Below are positions 58,344-64,000 of a stretch of DNA of 64,000 nucleotides, piece by piece. The stretch lies in IMG/VR virus record IMGVR_UViG_3300043395_003024, positions 64,001-128,000 of that record. One strand, 5' to 3'. The DNA is from a virus. Each line of letters starts with the position of its first letter. Positions within the stretch are counted from its first letter, which is position 1. The position numbers were made by a program, and so were the translations under genes. The notes under the pieces were generated by a model. That model was not told the origin of the DNA, did not search any database, and worked only from the letters and a program-made list of their open reading frames with translations.

Positions 58344-58826
58344 TCAGAACGGCTCGTCTGCCTCTGGGTCTTCCAGCATCCCGCCGCCGGCAGGAACCTT
58401 TGCGGTGCTCGGACGGGCACGGCGCGGCTGAGCCGAACCGCCGCGGTTAGCCCCACCATCTGAGTTTTCGCTGCGCTGGCGACGCTCGATTGACTCCAGT
58501 GACTTTGTTGAGATTGCAACATCCTCTGCGACTAGCTCGACAATGGAGCGCTTAACGCCTTCCTTGTCCTCGTAGCTGCGCTGCTCGAGGCGCCCGTACA
58601 CGACAACTCCAATTCCCTTTTCAAGGGTGCGGGCGGAGTTCTCTGCGAGGTACCGCCATGCAGTCACGTTGAAGTAGCTGGTCTTTTCCTGCTTCTCATT
58701 GTTTGCGTCATACCAGATGTGGGTATTTGCAACGGAGAAGCTGAGCTTTGCTTGCCCGTTAGTTGTGTAGGTGAGTTCGGGGTCTGCTGTCAGATTCCCG
58801 ATGATTGTCACTGGTGACAGGTTCAT
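58344..58826 (-). CDS. ssb: Single-stranded DNA-binding protein
   Basis: IIGNLTADPEL, FSVA, VTAWR.LAEN, VYGRLEQRSY, acidic tail ending PF. Confidence 0.95.
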   Translation of the reverse strand: MNLSPVTIIGNLTADPELTYTTNGQAKLSFSVANTHIWYDANNEKQEKTSYFNVTAWRYLAENSARTLEKGIGVVVYGRLEQRSYEDKEGVKRSIVELVAEDVAISTKSLESIERRQRSENSDGGANRGGSAQPRRARPSTAKVPAGGGMLEDPEADEPF

Positions 58827-58899
58827 TGGTTTGTCTCTTTTCTCTTAAGAATGCCATAAGGCATGACCAGACTACATGGTCAGTGCTAGTGTGTCAACC

Positions 58900-59145
58900 A
58901 TGACAAAGCAGAGCTCGGCAGAACTAAAACTTTCCATAAACGAATTAATAGCAAACACAATTTATAACTTTTTAGATAATGAAAACGCCAGCCCTGAAGA
59001 CGATAGGGAAAACAGGCTCGCTACAGAAGACGCCGCTGACAGCATCCTGGGAATTATCGGATTAACCGTTAACGATGGACCAAACGAAAATGGCGAAATC
59101 GAAGCCACTCTTACTAAGGCCATTCCCCATGAGTTCCGCATTTGA
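58900..59145 (+). CDS. Small acidic hypothetical protein (similar to 1614..1916)
   Basis: ADSILGIIGLTVNDGPNENGEIEATL. Confidence 0.55.
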   Translation: MTKQSSAELKLSINELIANTIYNFLDNENASPEDDRENRLATEDAADSILGIIGLTVNDGPNENGEIEATLTKAIPHEFRI

Positions 59146-59578
59146 TATACCGGCACGGAAATTTGATTTCCAAGCAGACCTAGAATTTGGCAAGCAAAGC
59201 GAAAAAGATATATCCGGCTTCCTAGACGACCTATCTGATGGTGCGTTCGAAGTCAAAACAGACCGATACAGAAATGGTCGAATGGTAGTTGAGACAGACC
59301 AAAACCCGCGAGGAATGCGCGACGAGGATGGACAGCGGGTCTGGACAAAGAGCGGGATAAACGTGACGGAAGCCAAGTGGTGGGTTTACGTTTTCTCACC
59401 GGCTCAGGGTTTTGTAATCGTAGATGTCAGACGCCTTAAGAGGTACCTACGCTTCAACAAAGATAAATTTAATGAGAGCACAAAAATATCACTCGGCGGA
59501 GAAGACAATCCAGCCAGGGGGTTTTTGCTCATGGCCGACGACGTGAAAGACTTGCTTACTAACGAACTTTATGACTAG
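59129..59578 (+). CDS. PD-(D/E)xK-like nuclease
   Basis: DLEFG..E, FEVKTD, SGINVTEAKWW. Confidence 0.65.
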   Translation: MSSAFDIPARKFDFQADLEFGKQSEKDISGFLDDLSDGAFEVKTDRYRNGRMVVETDQNPRGMRDEDGQRVWTKSGINVTEAKWWVYVFSPAQGFVIVDVRRLKRYLRFNKDKFNESTKISLGGEDNPARGFLLMADDVKDLLTNELYD

Positions 59579-59619
59579 AGTAAATAGATAACTAAACCAA
59601 CAACTAAACGGGAGGGAAA

Positions 59620-60051
59620 ATGCAGACGTTCGTACCGTCTACAGATATTTACGAATGTGGCCACGTGCTAGACAGGGCACGGCTTGGAAAACAGCGAGTT
59701 GAAACATTGCAGTTGATTCGCTGCAATCTCGACGTGACCCTCGGGTGGAAAAATCACCCTGCAGCAAAGATGTGGGCAGACAACGTAAACGGTCTTATTG
59801 CCTATGGAATTACCATGTGCGACATTTGGATTGCGCGCGGCTATAAGGATACGTGCCGAGAGAAGATGCTTTCATACGGCGAGCCGGACTTCGAAGACAT
59901 GCCTTTATGGTGGGGAGATGAAAGAGTTCATTCTTCACACAGGGCTAACTTGTTGCGTAAAGACATCGTCCACTATTCACAGTTTGGTTGGACAGAAAAT
60001 CCAGAGACACCGTATTTCTGGCCTACTGAAGATGTAGTATCTGCGCTATGA
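59620..60051 (+). CDS. Pyrimidine-dimer DNA glycosylase-like protein (MSMEG_6728/DenV family)
   Basis: MQTFVP...LDRARLGKQRVE...GWKNHPAAKMW...HSSHRANLLRKD. Confidence 0.85.
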   Translation: MQTFVPSTDIYECGHVLDRARLGKQRVETLQLIRCNLDVTLGWKNHPAAKMWADNVNGLIAYGITMCDIWIARGYKDTCREKMLSYGEPDFEDMPLWWGDERVHSSHRANLLRKDIVHYSQFGWTENPETPYFWPTEDVVSAL

Positions 60052-60377
60052 CAATAGAACTAACAGCAGATACTTACGACGAGTTCGTCAACAGTTCAGA
60101 AGTTCCCGTAATTGTGGATTTCTGGGCACCATGGTGTGGTCCATGCAAGATGATTGCACCAATTATTGATGAACTATCCGTGGAGATGGAGGGCGAAGTA
60201 GCATTTGCAAAGCTCAACATTGAGGAGTTCCCGGAATTCGGCATCAAGTACGACATCAAGTCAATACCTGCGCTAGTCGTCCTCAAGAATGGCTCATACA
60301 TGGGCCGAGTTGCCACAGCAAGTGGATTCCAGAAAGGCCGCCTCACCGAGAACATTCGAATAGCCATCGCCGACTAG
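60048..60377 (+). CDS. trxA: Thioredoxin
   Basis: VDFWAPWCGPCK, SIP. Confidence 0.95.
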   Translation: MTIELTADTYDEFVNSSEVPVIVDFWAPWCGPCKMIAPIIDELSVEMEGEVAFAKLNIEEFPEFGIKYDIKSIPALVVLKNGSYMGRVATASGFQKGRLTENIRIAIAD

Positions 60378-60397
60378 GCATTTCATAGTCAGCGATG

Positions 60398-60473
60398 GCT
60401 GGAGTATCGGCTCACTCTTATAAAGTGTAGAAACCGTAGCGGTGACACGCGGGTTCAAATCCCGCCTCCAGCA
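60398..60473 (+). ncRNA. Atypical tRNA-like element, UAU anticodon, no recognisable D-arm
   Basis: GCTGGAG/CTCCAGC acceptor, CACT-CTTATAA-AGTG, ACCG/CGGT extra arm, GCGGG-TTCAAAT-CCCGC T-arm. Confidence 0.65.
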
Positions 60474-60478
60474 CTTTT

Positions 60479-60637
60479 ATGAACGATAAGAATCAATATA
60501 AAAAAGTAGTACTACATCTTTCGCCAGAAATGGTCGAAAGGATGGAGCGTGCGTCCGCAAAGAATAAACTTTCGTTTGGCTCGATAGTGAGAGAAGCGGT
60601 AAAGCGGTATTTAGATGAGTCAGAAAAGGGCAAATAA
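60479..60637 (+). CDS. CopG/RHH-like small protein
   Basis: VVLHLSPEM...SFGSIVREAVKRYL. Confidence 0.55.
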   Translation: MNDKNQYKKVVLHLSPEMVERMERASAKNKLSFGSIVREAVKRYLDESEKGK

Positions 60638-60639
60638 AC

Positions 60640-60852
60640 ATGAGTCATAGCGACTCTGTCAAGAAATCTCTTCTAAAAACTACGACATGGTATTTCTCTG
60701 ACCTCATCCTTACGTTTGCAATCGCATTTGCCGTAACGCGTAATGTGCGCTCATCGATTGCTATTGGAGTTGCTCAACAGACGTGGGAGCTTCTTTTGTA
60801 TTTCGTACACGAAAGAATTTGGGTAAGATTCTCAAAACACAGGGGCGCTTAG
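60640..60852 (+). CDS. DUF2061-like small membrane protein
   Basis: SLLKTTTW...LYFVHERIW. Confidence 0.7.
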   Translation: MSHSDSVKKSLLKTTTWYFSDLILTFAIAFAVTRNVRSSIAIGVAQQTWELLLYFVHERIWVRFSKHRGA

Positions 60853-60914
60853 CTCAGCGGTAGAGCAACTCGTTTACACCGAGTAGGCCGGGGGTTCGAG
60901 ACCCTCAGCGCCCA
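60843..60914 (+). tRNA. tRNA-Val(UAC)
   Basis: Cloverleaf, loop TTTACAC. Confidence 0.9.
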
Positions 60915-61236
60915 CAAAATGAAAGGACAATATATGACCGTACTCTTGATACTTTGCCTAATAGCAACATTCGGAGTCCTTGACTACATGTTTGGGGATT
61001 AGCCGCACATGGAAGACGAATGGGATTGTGATACCCCAAGGCCAACCGGGTTTACCTATCACATGAACGTCACAGTATGTGATGAGTGCGGATTAAAATT
61101 TCCGTACTATGACTGTTACTGCGAGTTGGAACATGAATGCGAAAAGGGTAAATACCTCAATGCCTAAGTTCTCACAAAATGAGAATTTAATTTCACATTG
61201 TGGATAATCGCGGTAATATTTGACACAATAAATCTA

Positions 61237-61309
<73 letters not shown>

Positions 61310-61349
61310 CTATAGTTGCGAAAGCAACTCTTAAAAGAAAGCAAAGTAA

Positions 61350-61745
61350 ATGAAGAAACTAGCGATTACCGCAATTGTGTTGACGGCAGCATCACTATCA
61401 GCATGCGGAACACGTACTATCGTCGTAGAGAAGGCAGTACCCGATACTGTTGCCGCCACTCAGCAAACAGCAGCTCCAAAGCCTATTGACAGGGAAGAGC
61501 AGTTTCTCAATAACGTTGCAGCCGACTATCCAGCAGAGGTGACACGTCTTGGGAAGGTTGGCGTTCTGAAGATGGGGCGCCTTACGTGTGACGCAATCGA
61601 TGAGGGCTCGACACTTGCAGACTTTGTCAATATGGCCCAATCTAGCGGTGTTGACTCCGGCTTTATCGGTACGCTAATTCGCGAAGCAGTGCATAACTTC
61701 TGCCCAGAAAACCAGTGGTTTATTGACTCTGCCCTCAACGCCTAA
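61350..61745 (+). CDS. Lipoprotein with DUF732-like domain
   Basis: Signal peptide and lipobox LSAC; G.LTCDAIDEG...AVHNFCPE. Confidence 0.75.
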   Translation: MKKLAITAIVLTAASLSACGTRTIVVEKAVPDTVAATQQTAAPKPIDREEQFLNNVAADYPAEVTRLGKVGVLKMGRLTCDAIDEGSTLADFVNMAQSSGVDSGFIGTLIREAVHNFCPENQWFIDSALNA

Positions 61746-61790
61746 TACCGGCAAAACGTGTAACATCTACCTACCGTGTGAAGGTAGTTT

Positions 61791-61877
61791 GGAAGAGTGG
61801 CAGAGCGGCCGAATGCACCTGTCTTGAAAACAGGAGTGGGTTTGCGCCCACCGGGGGTTCAAATCCCTCCTCTTCCG
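61791..61877 (+). tRNA. tRNA-Ser(UGA)
   Basis: Cloverleaf with long variable arm, loop CTTGAAA. Confidence 0.92.
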
Positions 61878-62083
61878 CTGAATGGTGTAGTATTTGGCTA
61901 CCATGGAAACGCACGAAGCTCTTGCTGAGCGCATAATAAAAATGCAACAAGAGATAAATCAATGGCGAGATATCGCGTACCGGTTAACAATGCCGCATCA
62001 TGATGACAATTGCGAATTTGCCGCTCAATGCTCTTATTGCTTAGCAATACAAAAAGCCTCTAAACGGTAATTCCAATCCTCAA

Positions 62084-62165
62084 GGGGATATGGCGGAATA
62101 GGCATACGCAGGGGACTTAAAATCCCTGGCCGTAAGGCATGTGGGTTCAAGTCCCACTATCCCTA
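62084..62165 (+). tRNA. tRNA-Leu(UAA)
   Basis: Cloverleaf with variable arm, loop CTTAAAA. Confidence 0.92.
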
Positions 62166-62809
62166 CTTTTTTGCTCCACAACAGAACCAATTCTGGGTAG
62201 CAACCTTGCCGACCCGCTCCATGCGCTTCTCAACGTTTCCCCATCTGGTGTAGTTATGTCTCCACCGTTCAGAAACTGGCCATATGAACCAGAAACAATA
62301 ACCAGGTCTGCTACGCCAAAAAGCGCAAGAGTAACTCTTTTCCTTCTCCATTTTTCATAAACAAGAATCTGCTGAATCTTTGATGAATCTTTAAACCATT
62401 GAACAAATCCAACCGTCTCGGATTCTCCTACACCAGAATCCGTTGGAATCTTACCAATTGCTTTAAGTTTTTCGGCAGTGACTATTGTTCCCGAATCAAA
62501 GTCCGGACCGTGCATGGCATATAAGAAAACAAACGGAATTTCTGGCCCACCAGGAAATGGACGGTTAACTTCTTGGACAAAGTACCATAACGGGGGAACA
62601 AACCCCATTACCTCCCCGTCTCTCCAGTTTATAAAAAGATTCTCATTGGCATCAATGGAGCCAAACCAGATTGATTCAGAAATTGTTGGTTTATTTTCGG
62701 AAACGACAATAGACGGACGCTCGAACTCATCCGTAGAGAATGCATGAACTTCAGCCCATTTGTCTGTTAATTGTCTAGGTTTCCAGAACCATAGTTGTTT
62801 AAAAGCCAT
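62147..62809 (-). CDS. Hypothetical protein, possible GNAT-like C-terminus
   Basis: IQQILVYEKWRRKRVTLALF. Confidence 0.55.
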   Translation of the reverse strand: MAFKQLWFWKPRQLTDKWAEVHAFSTDEFERPSIVVSENKPTISESIWFGSIDANENLFINWRDGEVMGFVPPLWYFVQEVNRPFPGGPEIPFVFLYAMHGPDFDSGTIVTAEKLKAIGKIPTDSGVGESETVGFVQWFKDSSKIQQILVYEKWRRKRVTLALFGVADLVIVSGSYGQFLNGGDITTPDGETLRSAWSGSARLLPRIGSVVEQKSRDSGT

Positions 62810-62818
62810 AAGGCCATA

Positions 62819-63499
62819 TTAGTCATTCCACCATGCTGTCCATGGCTTGGGAGAAGCAGAAGAAGCATCTGGGAAAGACATTCCCGTATAGGCAACACAG
62901 ATTGTGACCTTTGCGTCATTTTCATAGTCAGTCCAGTCTCCACCAGAGTTGTATACAAACATCTGAAGGAATTCGTCTGTATTCATTACCGCAACGTCAG
63001 CCAGGTATGTCTGCGCGTTGAATTCGCTTTCGTTCCAACTATTATTAAATGCATGAGCCTTGTCAATTGGTTCTGCTGCAGTACTACGAAGGTCAAGTGC
63101 GCCGCTTCCCCAGTATTGCTGCGTAGTCCAAGCACCGACTCTTCCTGCAGCATTATCGGGATTTCCAAGCCACATTGTTGGCTTTAGGTCTTCGTTTACG
63201 TCGCCATAATATGCAACATCCTCAAAACCAAATACCCAATCTGATGGATTATCGTATGTGCGATGCTGCGTCTTTGAATTCTTATTTTTGATTACAGCAA
63301 GAGATAATTGCCTCTCGGTTGTCTCAATATTGCTAACGCCCTCATAAAGGCCCTGTGTTGAGCCATAAATCTGCTGTGTAGTGAACCATATTTTTTCAAT
63401 CTTTACCCTAAAAGGGAATGAGACGTTTAAGTAGGATGGGTCACTGATTCTGACAGTCCAGTCATAGCTAACTATTGACGGCGGGATAATTCCTGACAT
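62819..63499 (-). CDS. Hypothetical protein
   Basis: 226-aa ORF, GAAGGA RBS, upstream TATAAT. Confidence 0.65.
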   Translation of the reverse strand: MSGIIPPSIVSYDWTVRISDPSYLNVSFPFRVKIEKIWFTTQQIYGSTQGLYEGVSNIETTERQLSLAVIKNKNSKTQHRTYDNPSDWVFGFEDVAYYGDVNEDLKPTMWLGNPDNAAGRVGAWTTQQYWGSGALDLRSTAAEPIDKAHAFNNSWNESEFNAQTYLADVAVMNTDEFLQMFVYNSGGDWTDYENDAKVTICVAYTGMSFPDASSASPKPWTAWWND

Positions 63500-63618
63500 A
63501 ATGTTCCTTCCGGATGGTGCAACGCTAATAATTATACTTTATTTATTATTTCTCAATAAATAGAAAGACCAGAACGTTTGTTTTTTCGCAAGCATCTGTA
63601 CATAGAATGTCGTCACAG

Positions 63619-63691
63619 TGGCGAGTAGCTCAGTTGGCAGAGCAAGGGACTGTTAATCCCTGGGTCGCAGGTTCGAGCCCTGCCTCGCCAG
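63619..63691 (+). tRNA. tRNA-Asn(GUU)
   Basis: Cloverleaf, loop CTGTTAA. Confidence 0.92.
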
Positions 63692-63695
63692 CTAA

Positions 63696-63767
63696 TGGGG
63701 AATGGTGTAATTGGCAACACGACTGGTTTTGGTCCAGTAGTTCAGGGTTCGAGTCCTTGCTCCCCAA
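63696..63767 (+). tRNA. tRNA-Gln(UUG)
   Basis: Cloverleaf, loop TTTTGGT. Confidence 0.88.
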
Positions 63768-63795
63768 CAAAGCAGTTGATATCATTGCGCCACAT

Positions 63796-63875
63796 GGGTT
63801 CGTGGCGGAATTGGCAGACGCGCCAGGTTTAGGTCCTGGTTCTACGGAGTGAGGGTTCGAGTCCCTCCGGACCTA
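63796..63875 (+). tRNA. tRNA-Leu(UAG)
   Basis: Cloverleaf, loop TTTAGGT. Confidence 0.9.
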
Positions 63876-63890
63876 CGGAAAGGAATAATT

Positions 63891-64000
63891 ATGACTGATG
63901 ACATTGTGACCCGACTACGGGAGCATTACGCCGACCCTGCCGACTTTACATTTGCGGATTTGAGTGATGCCGCTGATGAGATTGAACGCCTACGCCAGCA
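63891..64000 (+). CDS. Partial small phage protein
   Basis: AAGGA RBS; MTDDIVTRLR...DAADEIERLR. Confidence 0.55.
   Translation, partial: MTDDIVTRLREHYADPADFTFADLSDAADEIERLRQ

Noticed and set aside
63607-63852. 81-aa ORF
   Set aside because: Overlaps three tRNA genes.

Overview
This window is part of a large tailed (HK97-fold) phage genome, probably infecting Actinomycetota (WhiB, DUF732 lipoprotein, MSMEG_6728-like glycosylase). In order it holds: neck/tail-completion genes (-), an IbrA/IbrB-like plus ParB cluster, recombination genes (RuvC, RecB-like exonuclease, Rad52/Sak-like), TerL divergent from an extended portal, a ~26 kb head module ending in the major capsid protein, class II RNR with an HNH gene, WhiB, primase-helicase, a TerS-like gene, SSB, thioredoxin, 8 canonical tRNAs and one atypical tRNA-like element. 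The main candidate novel system is three giant proteins (2943, 2491, 2948 aa), each a chain of effector domains (ArdC, UvrD helicase, zincins, ADP-ribosyltransferases, GNAT, DEDDh exonuclease, ParB). They contain 18 exact copies of LSSG, encoded by different codons and lying in the linkers between domains. One is fused to the prohead protease through an A10 run with stops in both alternative frames, and two share a 24-aa leader directly after an E-x-K|A site. My inference is capsid-packaged polyproteins cut into individual anti-host effectors. All domain calls are from motif recognition by eye, not database searches.
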